Of a DNA stretch of 64,000 bases, positions 10,569-18,513 are shown piece by piece. Position numbers and translations under genes: made by a program. Below the pieces are notes generated by a model. It was not told the origin of the DNA. It searched no databases and saw only the letters and a list, made by a program, of their open reading frames with translations. The stretch is from Bdellovibrio sp. (lineage in GTDB: Bacteria > Bdellovibrionota > Bdellovibrionia > Bdellovibrionales > Bdellovibrionaceae), in NCBI GenBank assembly GCA_036676395.1, contig JAKFCY010000002.1, positions 2,528,001 to 2,592,000 of the forward strand, read 5' to 3'. Each line of letters begins with the position of its first letter. Within the stretch, counting starts at the first letter, position 1.

Positions 10569-11894
10569 CTATTCAACTTTATGAAGCAACATCTTCAAAT
10601 ACTGACCTTCAGGAAACTGAATCAAACCAGGATGGTCCCATCCTAAGCCACCTTCGCAGATCAGCTGGGCTTTTTTACCAGTGCGAATAATCGATTTGCG
10701 CAATGAACTTTTAAAATCCGTCATTTGCACAGAGCCCGAACAAGAGCACGAGGCCACAACACCTTTGCTCATCACAATACGAAACGCCTGTTCATTCAAT
10801 TTCATATAGCCATGAAGGCCCGATTCCATATCTTTTTTATTTTTAACAAAGGCCGGCGGATCAGAAATAACAACGTGAAAACTATTGTCAGTAATAGTTC
10901 CAAGATCTTTAAGAACATCAGCCTTCAATACAGAAACTTTACTAGTATAGCGTTTCAAATTCTCTTTAGCTTTTTCAAGCGCAAGTTCAGAAACATCGAC
11001 TAACAACACCTGGAAAGGAATATTTTTTTGTTTTAAATAAAATGCTATCTGCGCTGACCATTGGCCCATGTAACAACACAGATCTAAAATTTTCAGAGGC
11101 TTCTCGTCAGTAAATTCTTTCACGCGAATAAGACCTTCTAAACTTTGAATCAACAAACGAATGTTATGCGTTTGATCTAAGAAAAAACCAGTTTTTTGAC
11201 CTTCAATCAAATTAACTGAGAACTTCAAAGTCTCGGTCGTATTTAAAGCCGAAGCCATCACTGAAGGGATAATAATCTGTAAATCAGTTAAAGAAATATC
11301 TTTAGGATTATAAATAATTTTAGGCTCTTCAACCTCAAGGCCTTCAAGTTTGCGAATATTCACATCATTACGTTGTAATAAAATCGTGTGCGCCCAGTCG
11401 ATATCAGAAAGTTTTTGCGAAAATAGAGCCTCAACAAGCTGTTTATAAATCGCTTCAGCTTTTTCAAAAATGCGATTCATGCCGTAAGTTAACAACTGAT
11501 ACGATAACACTTGATAACGTTCACCGTCTTTTTCAAATACGTAACGATCCATAATTAAGCCTGGTAAAGAATCGGCTTCTGAATAACAAACACGAAATGA
11601 ATCTGAAAAACCTAAATGAATACGCTTTTCCCAAGCTGTATAAAGTTTGGAACTAATAAAAGGAACTTCACCGATTTCAAAATCTTTTAATTCGTAAGTC
11701 ATCGCACGAAAGGCGATTAAAGAACTAGGGTTACCATAACCACGGGCAATAAAGTGACCTTGATAATCATGAACTTCAACTAATTCGCCAGGCGTTAGGC
11801 CGCGCGGACTATCCATCAATTCATTAGAAAACACCCACGGGTGGCGCGAACGTAAACGTTGATCAGAGCCTTTTTTTAGCTTCCAAATTCTCAT
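10569..11894 (-). CDS. RlmI-like SAM-dependent rRNA methyltransferase
   Basis: HPWVFSNE PUA-like N-terminus, EADSLPGLIMDRY, GQKTGFFLDQ, SDPPAF, CSCS. Confidence 0.88.
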   Translation of the reverse strand: MRIWKLKKGSDQRLRSRHPWVFSNELMDSPRGLTPGELVEVHDYQGHFIARGYGNPSSLIAFRAMTYELKDFEIGEVPFISSKLYTAWEKRIHLGFSDSFRVCYSEADSLPGLIMDRYVFEKDGERYQVLSYQLLTYGMNRIFEKAEAIYKQLVEALFSQKLSDIDWAHTILLQRNDVNIRKLEGLEVEEPKIIYNPKDISLTDLQIIIPSVMASALNTTETLKFSVNLIEGQKTGFFLDQTHNIRLLIQSLEGLIRVKEFTDEKPLKILDLCCYMGQWSAQIAFYLKQKNIPFQVLLVDVSELALEKAKENLKRYTSKVSVLKADVLKDLGTITDNSFHVVISDPPAFVKNKKDMESGLHGYMKLNEQAFRIVMSKGVVASCSCSGSVQMTDFKSSLRKSIIRTGKKAQLICEGGLGWDHPGLIQFPEGQYLKMLLHKVE

Positions 11895-11949
11895 GCGGGT
11901 ATACCTTTACGTGCCTTCGGCACGATTCCTCTTATGACAGAGGCTTTAT

Positions 11950-12948
11950 TTAGTCGATTTGGTATAAAAGAAAAAGGTTATTCTCGGTCTTTGAAAAATT
12001 ATTATCATTAATGACCATAAACTGAGTCTTTTGATCATTGAGCCAGCAAATACCCTCGTAATTTAGCACTTCTTTCACATGGGCTTTAAGGGCTTTATCC
12101 TGAGCGAAGTCGTAAAAGCAGTTCTTTTTAATCGCTTGAGTTGCTGGATTCTTTTCAGCGGTACACATCTGGGCATCGTAGTTAACACCATTTAGACTTA
12201 GACTTACCCCACGTTCGATCACAATCAGACTTTGATTTTTATCATAAACAAAATCTGTAACACCCATCGCAGCGCCTAACCCATCGCCGATATATTGGGG
12301 GATGGGGTAAGACCATTCGTTTTGCACCGAAGTGCCCGAAGCAGACCCTTCAAGCATAATTAACTTAGTTGGATCTTGCACCAGCGGGCCTTCTAAAATC
12401 GCGCCCCATACACCAAGATCAGCATCTATACTTAAACCTTCAAAGCCCATATTGTTTTGCGTGCCGCGCGTTTGTAACCCTGAAGGGTTAGCAATAAATT
12501 TTGTCGGCAAAGTCACATCACTTATACGCTGACCGGTCGAATTAATCCAAAAAAGAGAAACCGGCTGACGTGGTTTTTGGCTAAGATCACCTTCACTAGA
12601 AATTAAAGTGCGATCAGCAGAGATACGCGCGATGCCTTCCATATCCAAGAAAGTTTTATTATCTACGGGCTTGGCCACACGTAACCATTTCTGGTCTTTT
12701 ATGTTTAGTTCGGCTTTTTGACTATCATAGTTTAGAACTAAAATTCTTGGATGGCCTTGATTGCCACGATCGTCAGATACAAAATAAATTTCTTCACCCA
12801 GTTTACTGCAACCTGAAAGACCACCCACGGTGAAATTTTCTAATTTAGTTTGCGCCGGAATTTGCCAAACTTTTTTAAGGGTAAATTTGGGCGCAGCCAA
12901 TACGGGAAATGAAAACAAAAACGAAATTAAGACTAAAGAAATTTTCAT
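11950..12948 (-). CDS. esterase-like activity of phytase family protein (beta-propeller)
   Basis: Signal peptide MKISL; GGLSG, SDDRG, DMEGI, NNMGFEGL, NYEGI, NDNNF. Confidence 0.85.
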   Translation of the reverse strand: MKISLVLISFLFSFPVLAAPKFTLKKVWQIPAQTKLENFTVGGLSGCSKLGEEIYFVSDDRGNQGHPRILVLNYDSQKAELNIKDQKWLRVAKPVDNKTFLDMEGIARISADRTLISSEGDLSQKPRQPVSLFWINSTGQRISDVTLPTKFIANPSGLQTRGTQNNMGFEGLSIDADLGVWGAILEGPLVQDPTKLIMLEGSASGTSVQNEWSYPIPQYIGDGLGAAMGVTDFVYDKNQSLIVIERGVSLSLNGVNYDAQMCTAEKNPATQAIKKNCFYDFAQDKALKAHVKEVLNYEGICWLNDQKTQFMVINDNNFSKTENNLFLLYQID

Positions 12949-12953
12949 AACTT

Positions 12954-13808
12954 TTATTGTCTGCGGGCTTTGCAGGCCTGTAAAGTATTTTGCATAAGCA
13001 TAGCGATCGTTGTTACACCGACGCCACCAGGAACTGGGGATTGCGCAGATAACCACGAATCGTTTTCTATAGCTTTCACCACATCACCCGTTAGTTTATG
13101 GTCTGCACTTCTGTGAATTCCCACATCTATTACAATCGCGCCTTGTTTAAAATCTGTCGCTTTGAAGTATTCAGATTTACCGATCGCCACACAAACGATG
13201 TCGAAAGTTTTAATCTCTTGCATAAGGTTTTCAGATTTAGAATGAAACAAAGTCACTGTCGCATTTTCTTGTGTTAACAAATGTACAAGCGGAGTTCCCA
13301 CGATTTGACTGCGACCAATGACGGCAATTTTTTGACCGGCAATTTTAATATCGTAAAATTTTAAAATTTCGATGATGCCTGCTGGTGTGCAAGGTTTGAC
13401 AATCGCATCGCCCACGACCATTGAACCTATGTTTGTTTTTGTTAAACAATCGACATCTTTAAGTGGTGAGATTTTTTCTAAAGCAGTACGTTCGTGAATA
13501 TGTTTTGGCAGAGGTAGTTGCACCAAGATGCCATCCACTTTTGAATTTTTATTAAGTTCATCAATTTTTTTAAGTAATTCAGCTTCTGAGATTTTTTCAT
13601 CAAGTCTGATGACTTCTGATGAAAAGCCTAGGGCTTCACACATTCTGGCTTTATGCCCGACATAGACTTGGCTAGCGGGATCGTTTCCGACAAGAATCAC
13701 ACTTAAATGGGGAAGAGTAAGTCCTTTGGTTGGCCATGATGCGATCTCGGATTTGATATCCGCTTGGATTTTTTCACTGACCGGTTGACCCTTAAGGAGC
13801 TTCATCAT
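12954..13808 (-). CDS. folD: bifunctional methylenetetrahydrofolate dehydrogenase/cyclohydrolase
   Basis: DPASQVYV, DGILVQLPLP, KDVD, PCTPAGI, GRSQIVG, PVPGGVG. Confidence 0.96.
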   Translation of the reverse strand: MMKLLKGQPVSEKIQADIKSEIASWPTKGLTLPHLSVILVGNDPASQVYVGHKARMCEALGFSSEVIRLDEKISEAELLKKIDELNKNSKVDGILVQLPLPKHIHERTALEKISPLKDVDCLTKTNIGSMVVGDAIVKPCTPAGIIEILKFYDIKIAGQKIAVIGRSQIVGTPLVHLLTQENATVTLFHSKSENLMQEIKTFDIVCVAIGKSEYFKATDFKQGAIVIDVGIHRSADHKLTGDVVKAIENDSWLSAQSPVPGGVGVTTIAMLMQNTLQACKARRQ

Positions 13809-13946
13809 GTAGCCTCATTTCTATCGTGAGACTTAAAAGTAGCAAATATATGAGAGATTTCAAGGGGTTACAAACGGCAACACGAATAATGGTTTCTTGA
13901 CCAGAACCAAGTTTTCTACTAGATTGCGAAGTTAGACAAAAGAGGT

Positions 13947-14417
13947 GTGCAAATGGCTGAAAAAGTTAAACTTTCTAAAGATGGTAGCTCAATTGATTTC
14001 GTTCAATCTGAAAGCTTACCGACATCATTAAAAAAATTCCGCCAATCTCCTGAAATCGAAGGTTTTTACCGTTTCATTTTTGAAAACGATTTACAAAAAG
14101 AAGCTTATGAAATTTTAGACCGTATCGTTACTGGTCGTAAAGCGGCTAAAAAAGCGCAAAAAACTGAAAGCAAAGCCGCTGCAAAACTTGAAGCTCAAGC
14201 TGTTGCTGCCCAAGAAAAACAGGCCAAAGTTGCGGCTCAAGAAAAATTAGCTGCTAAAGCTAAACCTGCTCCGGCTGCTCCAGTTAAAGCTGTTGCTAAG
14301 CCGGCAGTAAAAGCTGCTCCAGTTAAAGCCGCGGCAAAACCAGCAGCTAAACCTGTAGTAAAAGCTAAAGTAGCTGCTAAAGCTGTTCCGGTGGCAAAGA
14401 AAAAAGCTAAAAAGTAA
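13947..14417 (+). CDS. small protein with histone H1-like Lys/Ala/Pro tail
   Basis: Globular N-terminal ~65 aa then AKPA/APVK repeats; GAGG RBS; start could be the ATG at 13953. Confidence 0.75.
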   Translation: MQMAEKVKLSKDGSSIDFVQSESLPTSLKKFRQSPEIEGFYRFIFENDLQKEAYEILDRIVTGRKAAKKAQKTESKAAAKLEAQAVAAQEKQAKVAAQEKLAAKAKPAPAAPVKAVAKPAVKAAPVKAAAKPAAKPVVKAKVAAKAVPVAKKKAKK

Positions 14418-14521
14418 TCCGCCAATCCGGTTATTCTCGAATAACGGATTCGATAAATTATAAAAAGGCCTTCGACTTGTTCAGGGCCTTTGCAGAAAGC
14501 CTCCTTCATGGAGGTTTTTTT

Positions 14522-14776
14522 ATGTCTAAAATTCTAAAAAATAAAAAGGGCCAAGGCCTAATCGAATATTTAATGCTCGTTGCTCTGATCGCGGTAGCAA
14601 CAATCGGTGTGGTTAAAGTTGTGGGTAATAACTTAACTAAGCAATACCAAAATGTAAATCGTGCATTGGGTGCTAAAGGCGAACAATTACAAGCAGAAAA
14701 TGCCAGCGAAGGTGCTATGGCGCAAAAAGATTTGTCGAATTTTTTAGATGGCGCAAAAACAAATAACGGTAAGTAA
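14522..14776 (+). CDS. flp: Flp family type IVc (Tad) pilin
   Basis: KKG|QGLIEY prepilin motif and hydrophobic helix; GGAGG RBS before ATG 14522. Confidence 0.9.
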   Translation: MSKILKNKKGQGLIEYLMLVALIAVATIGVVKVVGNNLTKQYQNVNRALGAKGEQLQAENASEGAMAQKDLSNFLDGAKTNNGK

Positions 14777-15104
14777 TAATAAAGGCCAAGCCCTAATTGA
14801 AGCTCTGGGTATGATGAGCATCACAGGGCTTTTTCTTTATTTATTACTGTATTGCCTTATCAAAGTGATTTTTTCGGTGGCTTTGGATGCAATAGCTGAA
14901 GATTATTTTTTCTGCGAGTTGGCCCGTAAACCCAGTTGCGAAGAGCGCTTAAAAACTCGTTTGCGCCAAAATCAAATGAAGAATGTTTCAGTCAAAATCC
15001 AAAAGCCCGGACAAAAAATTATTTTAACGATTTCAGCCACTCATTTGGCATCAATGACAATTACCCGCGAGTTTGATTATGAAAATTTTCGCCCACAGCT
15101 CTAA
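14748..15104 (+). CDS. TadE-like pseudopilin
   Basis: NKG|QALIE motif followed by a TM segment; start uncertain. Confidence 0.7.
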   Translation: MAQKQITVSNNKGQALIEALGMMSITGLFLYLLLYCLIKVIFSVALDAIAEDYFFCELARKPSCEERLKTRLRQNQMKNVSVKIQKPGQKIILTISATHLASMTITREFDYENFRPQL

Positions 15105-15807
15105 AGGTTTTGCTAATCTGACGTTTGTATTTGTACTGATGTCATTTGTTAGTCTTTATCTAACCGGTACTTTCGCGATTGCACTATCACAGCAGCGCGA
15201 TTATGTGCGCAGCACCTGCGTTCTAGAGGCCACTGAGATCCAAATCTCGACCTTGGAAAATGTTCGTGCACTGTTTGCTGTTAATCCTGAATCAACTATG
15301 ATTCGCCTAGGAATCAAAACTACAAAGGCAGCGATTGCTCTTGCCCTAGTACTTGAACCGCCAGCTGTTCCCGCCTTGCAAAAAATATTAGACGGCCATT
15401 ATCAGGCGCAAAATATATTGGATGGTGTTCAAAAAGTGATACTTAATAAAGCGCGCATAGAATTACAAGCGAAACACTATGCTTTAATTGCAAAAATTAA
15501 CTCTGGGCAAAGAGAAACAGCTCATCCGTGGCGATACATGATTTCGATGTGGTTAACTTTTGCTCCCCGTTCTGCGCCCACTCTGGCGATCCGTCCGGAT
15601 TCGGAAGGCGGCGTAGGCCCGAACTACGAATGGCTAGAAAATGCTGAAACAAAACAGAGCTTGGCCTATTCTTGGAATATATACTTTAAAACGAGCGAAC
15701 AGTATCAAAGATTTTTTACATGGATGAATGTTTTAAATCTGCAATGTTCTGTCGCTCCAGATTTAAGGGGTAAAAAATGGGGCTTAAAAATCAACGCGGA
15801 CAAGTGA
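15079..15807 (+). CDS. TadG-like / Tad minor pilin-like protein
   Basis: SKG|F prepilin-like N-terminus plus TM, within the flp cluster. Confidence 0.55.
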   Translation: MKIFAHSSKGFANLTFVFVLMSFVSLYLTGTFAIALSQQRDYVRSTCVLEATEIQISTLENVRALFAVNPESTMIRLGIKTTKAAIALALVLEPPAVPALQKILDGHYQAQNILDGVQKVILNKARIELQAKHYALIAKINSGQRETAHPWRYMISMWLTFAPRSAPTLAIRPDSEGGVGPNYEWLENAETKQSLAYSWNIYFKTSEQYQRFFTWMNVLNLQCSVAPDLRGKKWGLKINADK

Positions 15808-15935
15808 TCGCCGAATTTGTTTTAACAATTGTGCTTTTTACAGCACTGGCAACCGCAATCATGACACTTTCTAAAAATCAGCGCGCGATGTCTGATCAGT
15901 ACAAAATTTCTAAATCTGTTAAAGGAAGTCACTAA
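15777..15935 (+). CDS. 52-aa pilin/pseudopilin-like protein (not in ORF track)
   Basis: MGLKNQRG|QVIAEFVLTIVLFTALATAIM...; AAGGGG RBS; stop overlaps the next start (TAATG). Confidence 0.75.
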   Translation: MGLKNQRGQVIAEFVLTIVLFTALATAIMTLSKNQRAMSDQYKISKSVKGSH

Positions 15936-16420
15936 TGGATATCAAAACTCGCCTTAAACAATCTTTACAGCAACACAAATATTTTGTGTTTATGTTTTTC
16001 TTTTTTGTGTTTGTCTATGTTTACACAACTGCTGGTTCTGACGCCAAACCTGCACAAGAAAAGCTATTAACCGTAGATACGCTGATTCCTAATGGTTATG
16101 CCTTAGTGCCGATCGAATTAGAAAATATCGCTGCCATCGCAAGTTTAATTGAAAGTTACGGCGTCGTAGATATTTACTTAGGTAAAAGCAATTCTCGTAA
16201 TTCTAAAAAGATCTTTCAAAAAGTTAAAATTTTACGCGCGCCAAATAACCCACATGCTTATTCGTTACTGCTGCCCGATCATTTATCAAGTGTGCTGATG
16301 CAGTATGATGGGCCATTTTTTGCCGTTATTCAGAATAAGGCTGAAACTAGCGCTAACCCTGCAGTCGGCGAACAAGTACATACTAAAAAAACTGTAAAAA
16401 TTGAATATAACGGTGGGTAA
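15935..16420 (+). CDS. CpaB/RcpC-like Tad assembly protein
   Basis: N-terminal TM; LIPNGYALVPI, VVDIYL and KVKIL resemble the RcpC domain; Tad context. Confidence 0.6.
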   Translation: MDIKTRLKQSLQQHKYFVFMFFFFVFVYVYTTAGSDAKPAQEKLLTVDTLIPNGYALVPIELENIAAIASLIESYGVVDIYLGKSNSRNSKKIFQKVKILRAPNNPHAYSLLLPDHLSSVLMQYDGPFFAVIQNKAETSANPAVGEQVHTKKTVKIEYNGG

Positions 16421-16423
16421 TTT

Positions 16424-17185
16424 ATGAAATATTTATTTTTATTACTGTTAACGATCACAAGTTTTTCGCAAGCCGAAATTTTATTAGTGGCTAATAAAAA
16501 TACGCCCCTGTCAGATTATAAAAAAATCTGTGAAAAAAACGGTTATCTTTGCTTACCGCAAGGTTTTACTAATTTAAAACAAAGACAGACGCCGCATTTC
16601 GATCGTTTGATCGAAACCTTTGATTTAGACAACAAGAATTATGTTGCAGAGTTTAGTAAAAATTTAAGTTTAAGTTTAAAAGAAGATGATCTTACCTTGG
16701 ATCAAATTAAAAACTTAATTTTAGCGAGTGAAAAAATTGCGCATAATAATAGCCAAGTAAGTAAGCTTAAAAAATTGCACGCCATTCTGGAAAGCACTAA
16801 AGAAGAACCTTCAGATAAAATGCTCTATATCGCGGGCAAAACTTTGGCCAACAGTTTACAGAATCGTCTACGCCTTGATTCTTATTTAAACGAGATAAAA
16901 CATATTGAATTGGATTACATTTCTTACACTGAAAACAATGAGAAGAAATATTTCTTAAACGGTGATTGCGATCACCCCCGCTACACAGAATTTGTGAGCC
17001 AGCTTGATTTACAGGTGATTCCGCATTTTTCAGAAGGCTGTAGCATGACGCAAAAATACAATTGGGGTTCAGTCTTGATAGCCGATCACTTTAAAGAGAA
17101 TAAAAATAAATATCTGGCAGGCCTTGCAGCCATTGCCACAGCATTCTTTTTAAAATCGTACGAAGTTTCTATCGGATCTGAATAG
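16424..17185 (+). CDS. exported hypothetical protein with C-terminal hydrophobic segment
   Basis: Signal peptide; coupled to the upstream Tad genes. Confidence 0.6.
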   Translation: MKYLFLLLLTITSFSQAEILLVANKNTPLSDYKKICEKNGYLCLPQGFTNLKQRQTPHFDRLIETFDLDNKNYVAEFSKNLSLSLKEDDLTLDQIKNLILASEKIAHNNSQVSKLKKLHAILESTKEEPSDKMLYIAGKTLANSLQNRLRLDSYLNEIKHIELDYISYTENNEKKYFLNGDCDHPRYTEFVSQLDLQVIPHFSEGCSMTQKYNWGSVLIADHFKENKNKYLAGLAAIATAFFLKSYEVSIGSE

Positions 17186-18431
17186 TTTCGCCGTTAAACT
17201 GGATACTGATAATGCCTTGATCATCAAAATCTGTCTGGCATTGTCCCCACGTGGAAGTTGGATACGTGTGAAAACGTTTCCAATCTTCAGACGGTGCTGG
17301 AATCTGCTTCGCGCTCTCATTTAAGGCTTTTCGAGTTAACAATAAATTTGTGGGCTCAATCGGCGAATCTGAACCGAAATCGACATGAATGCGATTTTTT
17401 CTTAAAGCTTCCCATTGAAATAAATATTTTGTCAGATCACCAATTGTTGCTGGTAACCATGCGTGATCTGATAACCAGTGGCAAGGTTGCATATGCACAT
17501 ACACGTGTAACGGCTTCAACAAGGGAATGGTTTCAGGTCGAAGCAACTGTGCATGCTCTAGATGAATTTTACCCAGTAAACCCGCAGCAGAGACTTCACG
17601 CGCACATAATGCCACCGTGTGCGCGGCTTCATCGCCGATGCAGTGAATGGCGATTTCCATTTTATTACGCCAACAGTAAGCAATTGCTAATTTAATATCA
17701 GGCGCTTTCCACAGCAATAATCCACGCTGAGTGTCTCCGACATAATTTTTTGATAGATACGCTGTTTTTGAACCCAACGAACCATCGATAAAGATTTTTA
17801 AGCCTTTAACTTTTAATTGCGCACACGGGTCGTCGATACATTTTTGATATTCGGCAAAACCGCGATCAAAATCTGAAGTTGATTCAATGGTAACAAAACC
17901 TTCGCAGTATATTTTTAATTTGTTTTCTTCGCACAGTGCTTTTTGCAATTGCCATTGGCGATAGTTCATCGACATATCGCGCACATGGGTAAAACCACCG
18001 GCATTAAAAATTTGACCCGCTTTAAGCAAGAACTGAGTTAATTGCTGATCACTGTATTCTGGCAATTTGAATAAGGCATTAATATGATCTTGTTCAAGCA
18101 AGATACCTGAACAATCACCCTGAATATTTAATAGGGCAATCGCTTTTGAATTGATCCAACCGCTGTGGCCATCAACTCGCGCAAAATAAACTGGCGTATC
18201 CGGAAATAGCTGATCCAAGACCGTCTTCGTCGGCAATTCTTGTGACGTCCAATTATTATGATTCCAACCAAAACCAACTAACCAATCACCACGGTAATGA
18301 TGTTTTTCGATCTTAAGATTTTTCACATCGTCTGCTGATTTTAGATCACGTAATGATAATTCAAGCGCGACTTGGCCCGTGGCTAAAAAATGCGTGTGGC
18401 TATCAAAACAATTGGTGATCATTTCAGACAT
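17169..18431 (-). CDS. amidohydrolase 3 family (YtcJ-like) protein
   Basis: DSHTH, RVDGH, KIFIDGSLG, IHCIGD, LEHAQ, GSDSP. Confidence 0.9.
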   Translation of the reverse strand: MSEMITNCFDSHTHFLATGQVALELSLRDLKSADDVKNLKIEKHHYRGDWLVGFGWNHNNWTSQELPTKTVLDQLFPDTPVYFARVDGHSGWINSKAIALLNIQGDCSGILLEQDHINALFKLPEYSDQQLTQFLLKAGQIFNAGGFTHVRDMSMNYRQWQLQKALCEENKLKIYCEGFVTIESTSDFDRGFAEYQKCIDDPCAQLKVKGLKIFIDGSLGSKTAYLSKNYVGDTQRGLLLWKAPDIKLAIAYCWRNKMEIAIHCIGDEAAHTVALCAREVSAAGLLGKIHLEHAQLLRPETIPLLKPLHVYVHMQPCHWLSDHAWLPATIGDLTKYLFQWEALRKNRIHVDFGSDSPIEPTNLLLTRKALNESAKQIPAPSEDWKRFHTYPTSTWGQCQTDFDDQGIISIQFNGETIQIR

Positions 18432-18458
18432 AGATTGGTTCTATCATATTTTACCAAA

Positions 18459-18492
18459 TAAAAAAGGCTGAGTTTTTTAAGCTCAGCCTTTG
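18459..18492 (-). terminator. intrinsic terminator of the 18514-20790 gene
   Basis: AAGGCTGAG...CTCAGCCTT stem; A-tract on + gives a U-tract on -. Confidence 0.75.
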
Positions 18493-18513
18493 TCATTTTA
18501 GATTAACTAAAAA

